Assembly: GCF_009914755.1 (NCBI RefSeq)
Contig: NC_060930.1
Length of the DNA: 64,000 bases
Reading direction: 5' to 3' (one strand)
Source: the human T2T-CHM13v2.0 reference genome, Homo sapiens
In this document: piece by piece, positions 1 through 18,852 of the stretch
How positions within the stretch are numbered: the stretch's first letter is position 1
Layout of the letters: every line of letters starts with the position of its first letter
Position numbers and translations under genes: made by a program
Notes under the pieces: model-generated
Told to the model about the DNA's origin: nothing
The model's input: only the letters and a program-made list of their open reading frames with translations
Databases searched by the model: none

Positions 1-139
1 GGATATAATGTAGTTTTTGATAGTTCAAAAAAGATTTTTTGATTTTGTGGTTTCTCAGTATCATGCACATCAGTGATTTTACTGACAAAAATTTGGATGA
101 AATATCCAAAATATAAAGATTTCTGGATATCAATAATAG

Positions 140-350
140 GCAACATGTGTTGAGTGCTTACTGTGCACTAAGCTCTATTCTAGTACTTCATGTTGATTCA
201 TTACATATAATTGTCTTAAACAGGTAGTCATATTATTCCCATTTTATAGATAGGAGGAACGTTTAAGAAACCTACTGCAGATCACACAGGATTTATCCCC
301 AAGGAGTTTTGCTGCAGAACCTACCTCTTAACCACTATGCTATACTTCAT
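140..350 (-). mobile_element. MIR
   Basis: tattattcccattttatagat core; ctcttaaccactatgct. Confidence 0.65.
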
Positions 351-1018
351 TATCAAATAATCTAGGTTACAGGTACATGAAAACATGAAAATGCATTATA
401 CAAACAAAAATTCATATGAAGGTAACATTTCTAGAGGGACAAGATTGCCATATTCTAGAATCTGATGAACCTTTTTCTGCATTGGCTGCCAGTTGATGCG
501 TATGATAGGAAAGTCTCCAAAAGAAAAGTGCTTAGGTCTATAAATAATTGTTTTCTTTCTGTTCTCAAGAACTGTTGAAGATGATTATCTTCAGAGAGGG
601 GAAGGTAGTGGGTGTAGTTGGGAATCAGCAGTCCAGGATTAGAAAAATTTTACTTTCATTTTGTGACTTTCTGTGCTGTTTAAGTTTTGTTACCTGTGGA
701 TATTAAAAAACATGTTAACGGGGGTTCTGTGTAATGGGATTATGGGCTACTCTTAAAATGTTTTAAATTAAATATTTATAGCACACAAATTATACTAACA
801 TATCATCCCAAGAATTACTAAGTAGGTTGACTTTCATATTCAGTGGATTTTACACAGTTCCACATAGAAACACTATTGTTATAAAATGGTTAGAAACGTA
901 GTGTCACTATGAAACCATTATTCCCTTGTTTCTATGGGAAAGTGAATTTTCAATTATAGATAGGGATGTGGAAACTGTTACTTCACTTTCTGCAGTCTTA
1001 GAAAATTCCTATACTTAG

Positions 1019-1047
1019 ACACACGCACACACACACACACACACACA
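1019..1047. repeat. (CA)n microsatellite
   Basis: Direct reading. Confidence 0.9.
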
Positions 1048-2609
1048 GTCACTCACTCATAGGCAAACATTTGCTCTGGGGGTAGGATAGTTTTCCTGAG
1101 TGAAAGAGGTGCTCTAGTGGGGTGTGGCAAGGATGAGAGTCAGATTAGAATTTTTATATCATTTGCTCTAGACAGGACTGTGTTGTGAGAAGGACTCTTG
1201 AGGACCTTCACCCACTAAAAACGGGGAAGTTAGCAGTGGTTGTTTGTATAACTGGTTTATTTGTAAGTTACACTTTTGGATTATGAAACTCCCCACAGTG
1301 ATCAGTTGGTGTTTATTTTCATTCTGAAGCAATTTTAGTCATCTAGCAACTCATTTGGATGATGTGCTTGCTGTACAATGAAATTTGCAGTTTTAAAAGA
1401 CCCCAGAGCAACTATGGTGTGTAATTTGTGCAGTGTTGTACTACTCTTGGAATAGATAGGAAATGTATGTTTGAATTAAGAAAAGACTGCTTTTCTGGAA
1501 AATTACAGAAGTTCTTAAATAATTTTTTTTTCACTGTGGCATTGTTAAGAAGGGATTAATTTTTCTTAAAAAGAGCCAGGATACTCTGGATGTAATGAAA
1601 ATATTAAGTTAGTGTTTGGCCTGTAAGCAAAAGAGGGAATACCAAATGTCAGACTAGGATTGTAAATCATCATCTTTGGCAGGAACAAAGTTTGCTGTTT
1701 GTCTTGTTATGTCTGGACAGTTACCAGGGCCTGTGATGAATTTTCCAATTTCATTATCAAAATCCCAGAGTGTGGAAGCATTTACATAGACTCTAGGGTA
1801 CAGGTATTAGTGGTCTGATCTCACTCTTTGGGGTTCTTGTTTTAAAATGGATGAGACTTTTTATATTTAGAGGAATTATAAATATGGTTAAATGTGATGG
1901 AAAGGGAAACAATTTTATAATTTTTAATAGTGTCTTTGTTTTATAGTTATTTTGAAAACAAATCAACACCTGTATGAAATTATAAAGTACATTTGAGAAC
2001 CCGAAAATAACCCCACTGCCAAAGATTCTGAGCATTCAGAATATAGCTTGGTATGCATTCTATCTACTGTATTTCAGTGGCTTTAAGATGCATATTTTAG
2101 AAATTTTAGAAATTAAAAAATGTCTAAGATAAGGAAATGTTTTGTAATCATTATTGGCCTCAATTGAAGTCAGATTACTTCAGAAAGGATTTGCATTTCG
2201 CTCTGCCAGTTATTTGCACTACTACCAATCTGAGACTACTTTAAGTTAAATTCTCTGCCTGAAAGATTTTTTTGTTTTGTTTTGTCTTTGTTGGTTTTGC
2301 TGTGTTTTGGTTTTGACCCCACTGGTTATATGAATTCAGACTGCAAAGCTAGGTGAATACTGGCTTTTAGATAAAATTGCTTCTATCTTGTGTACAGATG
2401 GAGACTTTCAGGTTTCCTTGCTGTCTCATTCTGAATGCTGGGTTTATTTTTCATTTGTTTATATTGCATTTGTACCCCTTTTGTTGTTCTGGCTTTACAT
2501 GGGAGGCTCTTATTTGGGGTATTTTGTTGTTTTGGTGGTGATGGTACATGAAAGAATAATACATCTTATAATTTATTGTGGCTTAGATTTGATCAAAGAC
2601 TCATCAGAG

Positions 2610-2909
2610 GGCCAGGTGCGGTGGCTCATGGCTGTAATCCCAGTACTTTGGGAGGCCGAGGTGGGAGGATCACGAGGTCAGGGGTTCGAGACCAGCCAGG
2701 CCAACATAGTGAAACCCCATCTCTACTAAAGATACAAAAAATTAGCCGGGCATGGTGGTGCACACCTGTAACCTCAGCTACTCTGGAGGCTGAGGCAAGA
2801 GAATCACTTGAACCCAACCCGGGAGGCGTAGGTTGCAGTGAGCCAAGATTGTGCCATTGCACTCCAGCCTGGGCAACAGGGTGAGATTTTGTCTCAAAAG
2901 AAAAAAAAA
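2610..2909 (+). mobile_element. AluS
   Basis: Full dimer, poly(A), TSD aaagactcatcaga. Confidence 0.95.
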
Positions 2910-3031
2910 GACTCATCAGACACTTACCCAGGCCCCTACTACCATCCTTCTTCAGAATTTGCTTACTCTTATTGTAGACACACTTCTAATAAACTCAATG
3001 TCATTGTTACACATTTCTTTGCTCATTCCTT

Positions 3032-3215
3032 CAGTGATCTTCAAACTTTAATTTATATAAGAATCAGTTGGATAATTATCAAAATGATATATTTATGGGC
3101 CGTATCCCTAGAATTTCTGTTTCCATGGACCTTGGTGGGGCCTAGGAATCTGCATGTTTATTAAAAATAAAAATTCTCAGGGTATTCTTACCTAAGTGAT
3201 TGAAGGACCACACTT
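3032..3215. mobile_element. MER5A-like DNA transposon
   Basis: cagtgatcttcaaactt ... ggtggggcctaggaatctgcat ... gaccacactt. Confidence 0.7.
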
Positions 3216-3419
3216 AGACTGCATACTCTATATCTAACTCAGTACTCATGGCTTCAGCTGCCATCTATGTATATTGATGACTTCCAAACCCTTATCTTTG
3301 TTTTTATTATTATTATTATTATCTACTGACTGAGCTAGCTGGGGCCAAATCCTTATCTTTAAACAATTCTTGAATGTCAAACTCATCTATAAAATTGGCA
3401 TGTCTCTATTAAAGACAGA

Positions 3420-3635
3420 ATACACTCCGAACTAGGATACCTGGGTTCAAATCCCAGCTCAGCCCCTTAATAGCTGCATGACCCTGGGCAAGTTACTTAA
3501 CTTCTCAGATGCCTTATGTAAAAAGAAGTTAATACCTCATAGTGTTGCCTTCATGATTCAGTGGCTCAATCAATGCATGTAAACTTCTTTGACCAGTGCC
3601 TCACATGTAGCAAGCTCAATATAAATGTTAGCTGT
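3420..3635 (+). mobile_element. MIR
   Basis: ctgggttcaaatcccagctc...gaccctgggcaagttacttaacttctc. Confidence 0.75.
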
Positions 3636-3790
3636 TTTTTAAAAAATGTTATTTCACAAGCACCTCAATTATGTCTAAAATAATGTTTTATACCACCTCC
3701 ACTGCTTTCAAAATCTGTTTTCTACCTTGGTTACAACTTTATTTCATTCTTCCCTGTCACGAGTTTTCCTTGTTCTGGTCATAAGTTCTA

Positions 3791-4185
<395 letters not shown>

Positions 4186-4514
4186 CTATTGCCTTATCAT
4201 CTCTCACATAGAGCTCTGGAATAGCCTCCTACCTGTACTTTGAGCGTTTGGTTGTTTCTGTCGTTCTTACTTCATAAAAGTCTTTATTAAAGGCAATGTG
4301 ATCTTGCTACTCCTCTGCTGCATGGCTTTTACTACCTACAGGATAAAATCTAAACACCTGTACCTGGCATGCGAGACTCCTCAGATCTGGTTTCTGCTTC
4401 ATCTTCTGCAATATTTAGGCACTATACGACTTTCCAGCTTTAGTAAATCACTCAGAGTAGATTGCTCAAAACACTGGATTCTCTCTTGCTTTCATAATTT
4501 TGCATAGATAAGCA

Positions 4515-4740
4515 ATATAGTGTGGTGATTTAGAATGTGAACTTTAGAGCCAGACTGCCAAATCTTGACTTTGCCACTTAACTAGGTATGGACCTTGGAT
4601 GAAACAGTTTTTTCTGTGCCACAGTTTCCTCATCTGTAAAATAGGAATAATTGTGCCTCATAGCATTGGTACATGGATTTAGTAAGTTAATTCACAGAAG
4701 AAGTTTTTAATAAATGTGAGATATCATTATTTTTATTATT
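4515..4740 (+). mobile_element. MIR
   Basis: cagtttcctcatctgtaaaataggaataat core. Confidence 0.75.
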
Positions 4741-5581
4741 ACCATGCTATTTCTTCTGTCTGTGAACTTGATCTTTTCTTCTACCCATTCTCTCACTTTC
4801 TTTTGCTTGTGAAATGCCAAAGCTTGCCTAGTTCAGAATACTACTAGTTCAGTACCAAGTATTCACCCTTCATGTCTCAGTTAAGAACTAGCACCTCCAG
4901 GAAGTCATCATTGAAATGCCCAGACTCTGGGTCAGATGCTTCTCCTCTGGATTCCCATAGCATCCTATGTAGCATAATTAAGTTGTGGATGTTTCAGGGA
5001 CTGCCTGGGGTTGTATTTTTCATCTCTGAATGTTTAATGAATGAAACTTGATTGCTTTGTTGTTTCTTATTTGCTATAGGTTGGGAAACCAATTAGAAAG
5101 GAGTGTTCTGCTAGAAACAGGTAGGTAGACAGCAAGGGAAGAGGTAGCAAGAGATGAAAAGACAGAAAACAGAGTCTAGGATAGTCTGGAACTTTCCAGT
5201 GAAGGGGTAAACAATACAAGTATCACACGGGGTCCCTAAGTATCATTGTGCATAATTAAAATGCTATGATGCTATCCTTGAGTCATCCTAAAGGTTAAAT
5301 TGTGTTGAATATACTCTGTCTAAAAGGAAGGAAAGCAGTTTAAACACTTTAGGAGTCTTTCTTTTAAAACTAGTCGAAATAAATTTTGGTACTGAACTAG
5401 GCAAGCTTTAGTTATTTATCATTGTCCAATAGCTCATTCCTCCTTAGGCAGCCTGACTAATCAGTGAAGTCCCACAATTAATTCTGACTATTAAGTCTGC
5501 TCAACCTGTGGAAAAAAAAATGTAAAGGCCTAGAAAGTGGATTTGTAGCAACTAATCTGAGTGCCATTAGTTTTTAAATGC

Positions 5582-5582
<1 letters not shown>

Positions 5583-5612
<30 letters not shown>

Positions 5613-5623
5613 TTTTTTTTTTT
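5583..5623. repeat. (TA)n plus poly(T)
   Basis: Direct reading. Confidence 0.9.
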
Positions 5624-5685
5624 AACCAGTTTCTGAACTCTGTCTGTCTTTACTAAGTTTACCATCAACCATTCTAAAGAGAAAA

Positions 5686-5818
5686 GGGTGTGGTGGCACA
5701 CACCTGCTGCTACTCGGGAGGCTGAGGTGGGAGGATTGCATGAGCCTAGGAGTTTGAAGCTAGTCTAGGCAACACGGTGAGAACCTGTCTTGACTGATTG
5801 ATTGATTGATTGATTGAT
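5686..5818 (+). mobile_element. FLAM/Alu monomer with (GATT)n tail
   Basis: gggtgtggtggcacacacctg...gaggctgaggtgggaggattgc. Confidence 0.8.
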
Positions 5819-6970
5819 AGACGGGTGGATAGAGATGTTTAAAGTTCAACAAAAATAAGGATAGTATACTTTTATCCTTATAAATATAATAAACATTATA
5901 AGAATGTTGAAACCCTTTCAAAATCACTTATTTTTTAACTTAGAATTTTTTGAAGAAATATTACCAGTAATATTTTCAAATCCTAAGAATTATGCTTTAC
6001 TTAAATAAAATGATATTAAATTAAAACCTGTATGTAAAAGTACATATTAAAGCACAATATGTGTGTGTGTTTTTTTAAGTTAGGACAGTATTTACTGATT
6101 TGCTGGGTTCAACCATAACAAACATTAGCATAGGGAGGTAGGAAAAAGTTGTTGACCTAACAAATTAGTTTCAGAGGATTTATTTTTACAAATATTTTTT
6201 GGATTAGGCCCTGAAGATATGTATGCCCCTTTGCAGAGCGTAGGAATTTGGATTGTGGAGACTTACAGAAAGAATAAACATAATTGCCCTTTCTGAGTTT
6301 ATGTTGAGATAAGAGACATGAGACCCTTACAAATGAAAATATGTAAGTGCTTCCAACAGATATTTGTATAAATAATTGATACTCTAAATCTCCAGCTGCT
6401 TTCTACCTCTTTGGAAGTCTAATTGAGAAAATATTTTATTAGATTTCTGTTTCTCATTATAAAAGTAAAATGTTTCATTGTGGACAATGTTTTAGAAGGT
6501 AGAAGTAAGAACATGAAAATCTGTTGTCCATCTATTAACATTTAATTACTTTAATCTGTTATTTGTATCTATCTTTGTCCTTTTAAAAAATAGACTATAA
6601 TTATACAGTTTTATATTGTTCCTCATTTACTTTATGTTAAATCAGGAACATTTTCTCATGAACTGAATAGTCAAGATAAACTAAATCTTGGTAAAGATGA
6701 TGGGGAGTCTAATCATTTAAGTGACCTTAGACATTATATGTTCTAAACTAAATGGATACACATTCAATAAGGAGAAATCTAATTATTAGTATGTTCATAA
6801 GCCTGGTTATTTTAAATTCAGCACTTGAGTTTATTTGAAAATTAGATAGCTCTTATTGCATGTATTGAGTTGAATTAACTGTGCACATGAACAATTAGAT
6901 GCTATATTATAATTTATAAAATATTTGTAAAAGATTGGCATTACTTTGTACTCTTAAAAAACTGGCTGTT

Positions 6971-7291
<321 letters not shown>

Positions 7292-7688
7292 TCATGTAAT
7301 AATGTATTTCTTATATTCAGACTATTTAATGAGTTTGGAGGCTGCTTAGTAAAAATTTATTAGTAGTTATGAAATAAACCAATTTTACTTGATATACTGT
7401 TGACTCACCCCCTTCCCTTTTCTTTTTTCTCCATCTCATCGTCTTGTGTGAGTCTTTTTTCAACAGTGTAATTGCAAATTCAGTCAGATAGCAGAAGCCA
7501 TGTCCTGTGTTCTTTATATTTCAGGGAGGCATAGTGTATTAGAAAATAGTAAATACTTGTTCTCACTTTTACTCCTTTGTTACCACTTTCTCCTGCTTTT
7601 TCCCCACTTCTCTTAACATTCCTTTTTTTTAATCTCCTTTGAGAGTTTTTTTTTTCCTTCACTTGTCTCCCAAATCTGTTATACTTAA

Positions 7689-8012
<324 letters not shown>

Positions 8013-8189
8013 AAACCTGTGATTCTTAACCTTTTATAAAATTTTGTCTCAACACATCTGAGGAGGACTAACAATGGTTCCCTAATGGACAAAGGCAGTG
8101 AGTCTCAGCTACCTCTTTTGTCATGCACACAATGCACACACTGAAAATTGCTGTTCTTTATACTGTCCTTGGGTGATCTAATTGATAAC

Positions 8190-8770
8190 CAAATCTCTAT
8201 CTCTAGATCTAGCCTAAATGCTCACCTAACCTCCAGATTCATATTTCAGTCTGCTTGCTGGGCAGTTCTGTGTCTGTAAGCACCTCATATTTGACATGTC
8301 TAAAACAGAATTCATTATTTCCCTAAGACTTGTAGCCCCTTTTATATTATTCCATATTTCCATTAATTCACCACTATCTACCCATTTGCCCAACCAAAAA
8401 TTTTGAGGAGTATTTCTGAGTCTTTCCTCTCTCCTATTACATATTTGTAGCAGATTCGTAAGTTCTTTTGATTATATCTTCTCAGCATCTTTCATATTTA
8501 TCTCATCTACTCCAGTCCTATTTTAGACCTATATTTTTCGTGTTTGAATTATTTTGGTAACCTCTTAATTTGTCCATCTGCCTATAATTTCTTCCTCCTT
8601 TTGTCTGTTCACCTTAAAGCCGTCTGAATGAACTTGTCAAAATGCAAACCTGGTCATGTTATTCCCTTTTATGTCCTTAATTACCTCCCTATGGTCTAAT
8701 CAAATAAATTATAAACTCCTTGATGTGATATACAAAATCCTTTGTGGCATGGCCCTTATGCATTTTTAGC
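8190..8770. mobile_element. L2 fragment
   Basis: Pyrimidine-rich L2-like motifs (acatgtctaaaacagaattc; aatgcaaacctggtcatgt). Confidence 0.55.
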
Positions 8771-8967
8771 CTGTTTTTTACTGCCAACATTTATTCACTA
8801 TACTCCAAACAAATTCACTAGGATCTATCATCGTTCTCAATGATTATACATTCTGTCTTCACTAATGGTATATTTCCAGTTTTCGTGTTCCTGCTAAACC
8901 TCTTATTGTTTGTTTGCTTTGGTGTCTGTCTCTCCTAAGGTCTGGTAAGCCTTGGTTAGATAGCTTA

Positions 8968-9335
<368 letters not shown>

Positions 9336-10227
9336 TCATTTTATCGCCTTTAGTATCTTTATTAACTTAAGCTATTCATATTTCCTAGAAAATGGATCCT
9401 CACTTCTTCACTTGGATATAATAATATAGACTGCCGACATTCTGGGAACTGATCAGTCTTCCAGCTTCCAGTGTGGTGCCCTCCCTCAATTGTGCTGAGT
9501 GTCCCCCAATCCAGAGATATTCTGTAATTTCTTCCTCAGAAAGAAACAAAACAAAATTCTGATCTTCCCAGATGAAGGTAGAGTACTCTTCTGGCTGCAT
9601 GGAAAGACAGAGGGTATTTGGGCATATAATTTACTTCTACATTAAATTTTCAACCTGTTCTCTAGTTTCCAGCTCAATCTTACCTACTGCTTACAGAGGT
9701 GTGGCTAATTCCTGAGCCATTCGAGGATCCTATTGGGTAAAATTTAAAAAGTCACATTTCTTACTTGGGTTAGGAGTCTGCCTTTTTGCATTAGCTAAGC
9801 CTGTTACTACTCATACATCTGTTTTCCATTTTCCAAAGTTTTGTTGTTGTCACCTCTACTTATCTTTCTCTTCGCAGGTTTATATCTTTCTTTAAAATTT
9901 TTTTTTTAATTTAAAATTTAAAATTTAAAATTTCTTTAAAAATTGTTTTAATATTATTTTAGTGAGTTTCCAAGTGGGAGCAAAAGTAAGTATGTATGTT
10001 CACTCTGCCATATTAACCTAAACTTCTCTTTCAAAACTGTTCGTAATTTCAGATTATTTCTGATTATATTTTGATTATATTCAGATTATATTCTGAAGTT
10101 AGTTATCACCCCATCAATCAGAGAGTGTTAATCTCTCCTTTGTGTTCCCATGGCTTTCTGCATATGCTTTTGTTATGGAACCAAGCCCATCGAATCAAAG
10201 ATTGTTTTTATCATATTTGTCTCCCCT

Positions 10228-11150
10228 ACTACGCATTGTTATGCAACCAATCTCTAAAACTTTTTCATCTGGCAAAACTGAAACTCTGTAACTCATTTCA
10301 CTCCCCCCCAGCAACCACCATTCTACCTTCTGTTTCTGTAAGTTCGACTACTTTAGATACTTCATATAAGTGGAAACACATATATGACAAACTTACATAA
10401 GACAAACATCATATGTTTGTCTTTTCTGTGATTGGTTTATTTCACTTAGCATCATATCTTCAAGGTTCATCAAAATTGAAGCCTCTGTCAGAGTTTCCTT
10501 CCTTTTTAAGGCTGATTAATATTCCATTGCTTGTATATATCACATTTTGTTTACCTATCAATGGGCATTTGGTTTCCTTCTGCCTTTTGGTTATGGTGAA
10601 TTGTGCTTCTACGAACATAGGTATACAAATACCTCTTTGAGACCCTGCTTTCGGTTCTTCTGAATACATATGCAGAAGTGTGATTGTCTTTTTTTTTTTT
10701 GTGAAATTGACATTTTTAAAGAAAACAACCCCCTCTCTGCTGGTTTTGTTTTTTTTTTTTTTTTTAAAGAAAAATAGAACACTTTTCATTTGTTGTTTAT
10801 GTGGTGTCTCTCATGTTGAGATTCAGGTTATGCTTTCTGGCCAGAATACTGCATAGGTGATGTTGCGTCCTTCTCCAGGTTTCATATCCAGAGGCACATG
10901 GTGGCCTTCTACCTCTCACAGGTGATGTTAATTTTAATCATCCTATCAGAGTGTTGTTTGTCTTTCTACTATAAAGTTACTAGTTTTTCCTTGCATCTTA
11001 TAAGCACTCTATGGGAAATACACTTTAGGACCATGCAAATATCCTGCTCCTCATTAAACTGTATCCCCTGGATTTAGCAGCTATTGATGCTTCTTGCCTA
11101 AATCAGCCTTTATTGTGATGGTTACAAAATGATGATTTTTCATATCTATC
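10228..11150 (-). mobile_element. Old L1M 3' fragments
   Basis: L1MB-like antisense 3' motifs (ttatttcacttagcat; aatacctctttgagaccctgc). Confidence 0.65.
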
Positions 11151-11689
11151 AAGGAATGTTTTTTAAGTTAATTATAAATTACATTAAGTAGATCAATTCG
11201 AATGTCAAAAGATCAGTATATTAAATGTAAGATTTGCTGCTACTGTTAATACATTATACATGAATGTCATTGAAGTATAATAATACTTAAACTGCTTCTA
11301 AATTTCTGGATTTGATGGTTACTATAGTATTCCTATAAAGTCATTGCATATTTTTAATGTTGAATATATAGTGCCTAAGACCTGAATTAGGTTCTGATAC
11401 TTTTTCTTATTCTCAGCCTATAGATTGTTTACTGTTTGTTCTATTATCTGAATCCTGCTAGTGAACTCTCTAGTTAATAACTAACCAGATAATATTCATT
11501 TTACTGTAATTGAAGAAGAACAAACTTTACAGTATGGAATACTTTTGAGAATTGTAGCTGGAATGGAAAGATATAAACTCCTTTTCCTTTTTTGAAGCCT
11601 AAGTATCATTCTGTGTGTGCAACTAAAACTGGTTTGTCTGAAGCAGTTAGTATCTCTAAAGTATGTCTAAAGCTATTACAGTATTTTGT

Positions 11690-13080
11690 TTCAAGCAATA
11701 TGGCAGACTAGATGTTCAGAGAAACTTCTGGTAAAAGAACACATTTTTAAATGCTGGATAAAATACTTAAAAAAAATTTTTTTAAGTATGCTTGAGTTGA
11801 CAGCAAAGTAAGGTGAAAATACAAGCCTGTAAATAATGAGAAGGCCCAATTCTGTGGAGATAAGTGAGCCATAGAACCTCTTTACCTCTAAAGTTGCCTT
11901 CTGATACCTTATGGCTCAGAACCTGGGCTTTAAAGAAGTAGTCCTGCTTGCATGGGACAGAGGAAGTCTGAGCCTAGGCATTGTGAGTTATAAGTTTGGA
12001 CACTGCAACATAAAGCTGAGATCCCCAAAGTGTGAATCATCCCCTGTGGATAATTTAAGGAAAATAACCTGCTCTTTAGAATGACACTGCCTAGCTCATC
12101 CTTGGTTTTGATTGGAGTACACAAAAAGAATCTTTCCTGAGAAATCCTCATCACAATCCGATGCTCATGTGGGTTTGAAGTTGAAATTCGCCTTGCAAAA
12201 ATAATCTTAACCTAAAGGTTTAGTTTAATGATGCTTTTGGTTTGGGGTGCCTCAGGATCCTAGCAGAAAAAATAGAAATTTTCTCTGAAGAAAAGTGCTT
12301 TAAACATTGACTTCAAAGAATTCCTACAGTTAAAGATCTAAGAAATGTGTTTAAAATTAGAACTCTAAATGTATGAATAAGACCAGCCTGGGCAATATAG
12401 TGAGACCCCCATCTCTGAAAAACACAAACAGCAGCAACAATAACAAAAAATTGTATGATACTCTTCTTCAGTAACTTGCATTTTTCACCCAACAGTTTTC
12501 TAAGATTCATCCTTATTGAAATCCTTACCACAGGTTTTTCATTGTCTTTGTTAGGACATTGTGTAAATATACCACAGTTTATCTGTTTATCCATTTCGGC
12601 TGTTTCTAGTTTTTGCTATCACAAATAGTGCTGCTACAAATATTCTTAATAATGTATTTCCTGGTGATTATATGTAAAAGTTTCTCTAAGACTTATTCGC
12701 TAGATTGTAATATCTATCTGTATGTATATATGTGTATGTAAAGAAATACATATTTAATTTTATTCCATAATACTAAATTGTTTTAAAATTGGTACCAGTT
12801 TATGTGCCAACACTTACTTATGTTCTCATAGTTCTACATCATTTCTAAAATTTTATATTGTCGGTTTTAAATTTTGCCTAACTGTTAGATATGAAATGCT
12901 AGTTTGTGGTTTTAAGTTGCATTTCCCTGGCTACTACTGAGGTTGAGCATCTTTTCCTATATTTATAAGCCACTTATGTTTCCTCATTTTGAAGTGTCCC
13001 TTATGCTTATTTTTTCTATTGGGTTTTGTGTTTTCTTTCTGATTTGTAGTTCTTCAGGTATTTTGAGTACTAGTCCCTGG
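11690..13080. mobile_element. Old L1M fragments (5' piece on +, 3' piece on -)
   Basis: Antisense ORF2-end motif ttgcatttccctggctactactgaggttgagcatctttt. Confidence 0.5.
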
Positions 13081-13276
13081 TAAATTAATTAAATTAATAT
13101 CTACCCAGTAGCCAAGTTAGACTGTCTGAGAATTATCTTTGAATTGTTCTTCTCCTTTATCCCTTAAATATAATAATTGCTAACATGTATCAACTTTTAC
13201 TATGTATCAGACATATTTCTGAGTACCTTACTTATGTTGTCTCATTTAATCCTTAGAGCAATCTTATATGTTAAGG

Positions 13277-13608
13277 CAGCAGGGACCGGTTTTATGGAAG
13301 ACAGTTTTTCCACAGATGCGGCAGGGGTAAGGGGATGGTTTGGGGATGAAACAGTTTCACCCTAGATCATTCCAGATCATGAGACATTAGTTCGATTCTC
13401 ATAAGGAGCATGCAGCCTAGATCCCTGATATGCGCAGTTCACAATAGGGTTTGCGCTCCTATGAAAATCTAATGCAGCCCTGATCTGACAGGAAGCGGAG
13501 CTCAGGAGGTAATGCTCGCTGACCTTCACTTACCTCCTGCTGGGCACCCTGGTTCCTAACAGGCCAAGAATGGATACTATTCCACAGACCAGGGGTTGGG
13601 GACCCCTG
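13277..13608 (-). mobile_element. MER1B-like hAT-Charlie DNA transposon
   Basis: Terminal ggttggggacccctg; internal MER1 motifs; 8-bp TSD-like TGTTAAGG/TGTTAAGA. Confidence 0.85.
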
Positions 13609-13626
13609 TGTTAAGATACCATTTTT

Positions 13627-16661
<3,035 letters not shown>

Positions 16662-16719
16662 AAGATACCATTTTTATCTTTATTTTGCAAATGCGGAATT
16701 TGAGGCACAGAGAAGTTAA

Positions 16720-17123
<404 letters not shown>

Positions 17124-17373
17124 TAAAACTTGTATCTTTAAACATTGTAATACCTTTCATTATTTTCATAAGTTGTATTCTAGAAGTATAGTAAAAACTC
17201 TGTTTTTAATAAAGTCAATATGTTTAAACCTTTTTTGTTTGTAATAGTAATATATTTAAGATGCGTATTTTCATTTTTATTTTGATTTTGTTTTATTTAC
17301 TAAGTTATAATTTTGTGTAGTTTAGTATCCCATCCTTTCTCACTTAGTTATATCATGACTTTCAAAACATAAG

Positions 17374-17670
17374 TTTTGTTTTTTTTCTTTGAGATGGAGT
17401 CTCACTCTGTCGCCCAGGCTGGAGTGCGGTGGCCCCATCTCGGCTCACTGCGACCTCTGCCTCCCAAGTTCAAGCTATTCTCCTGCCTCAGCCTCCTGAG
17501 TAGCTGGGACTACAGGTGTGTGCCACCACACCCAGCTAATTTTTGTATTTTTAGTAGAGATGGAGTTGGACCATGTTGGTCAGGCTGGTCTCAAACTCCT
17601 GACCTACTGATCTGCCTGCTCTGGCCTCCCAAAGTGCTGGGATTACAGGTGTGAGCCACCGCTCCCAGCC
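17374..17670 (-). mobile_element. AluS
   Basis: Antisense dimer; TSD tcaaaacata. Confidence 0.93.
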
Positions 17671-17744
17671 TCAAAACATACTTTTAATGGCTGTATAATT
17701 TTACAGTATATGATTGTCATGTAATGAGTTATTGCTAGTTTGGG

Positions 17745-18510
17745 ATATTTATTTATTCAACAAGTATTTTTGAATACCTTCTCTGTGCCAGGTACAATTC
17801 TAGGCATTATGGATAGAGTGGGGAACAAATCACCCAAGGCCCATGCCCTCATGGATCTTACATTCTAGTTAGGGCAGTGAGAAGACAAATAACAAAACAA
17901 TTCTGCATTCAATGGAGAAAATGCAGAGAAATGGGATACAAAGTGCTAAGGAGGGAAATAGAATTAGTGTTTTATAAAGAATGGTCAGCAGATACAGAGC
18001 AGGTGACAATTGAGCAGAGACCTGAAGGGAGAGAATAAGCCATGCAGATATCTAAAGGAAAAGTGTTCCAGGCAGTGGGAACCAGAAGTAAAAAGTCCTG
18101 AGGCAGGAGCATGTTTGACTATTACAGAAACAGTGGGGAGGACAATGTGGGGCTAGAGAGGACTGAACAAAAGGGAGACTGAAGGAGAGTCAGAGTTGGG
18201 GAGTGGGGGACCCAATTCATATATGGCTTTGTAAATCATTGTAGGGACTTGAGCTTTTTCTCTGAGTAAGACGTGAAGCCATTTTGAGAGTTTTGAGCAG
18301 ATTAATGACATGATGTGACATTATGTTAAAAGGCTTATTCTGGTTGCTGGGTGAAGAATAGATTGCTGAGGAACTAGGAGAGAATCTCTTACAATAATCT
18401 AGGATGGTAGCATAGGCCAACTGGTCAGATATTAGATATATTTTGAAGGTAGAGCTAGTATGTATCCTGAAAGATTCAACATGGGATGTGAGAGAGAGGT
18501 ATCAAGACAA
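17745..18510. mobile_element. L2 fragment
   Basis: ttattcaacaagtatttttgaatacct...tgtgccagg L2 3' signature. Confidence 0.7.
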
Positions 18511-18852
18511 AAATTTTGATATTATAAATAATGCTAAAGTGATGACATTTATAATAATTTTTGTGCACATCTTTGATTCTTTTTTAGTAGAGATTCCTAT
18601 AATAATTACTGATCAAAGAACATGAACTTCTTGAGGTCCTTGACATATCCTGTTCAATTGCTTTCCAGAAAAGTGTTATTGGTTTATATTCCTGTCAGCT
18701 ATGTATGTGTGCTTTCTTGCCAGCATTAACTATTGTTCCTTAAAGGGAGTTTGCCTTGTTTGAAATGTTAAAAATTGTATTGCCTTGTTTTCTTTTAAGA
18801 TAAGTATGACCGCCTTTTATCAAATACATATTTTGCTTACAGAAACTGCATA

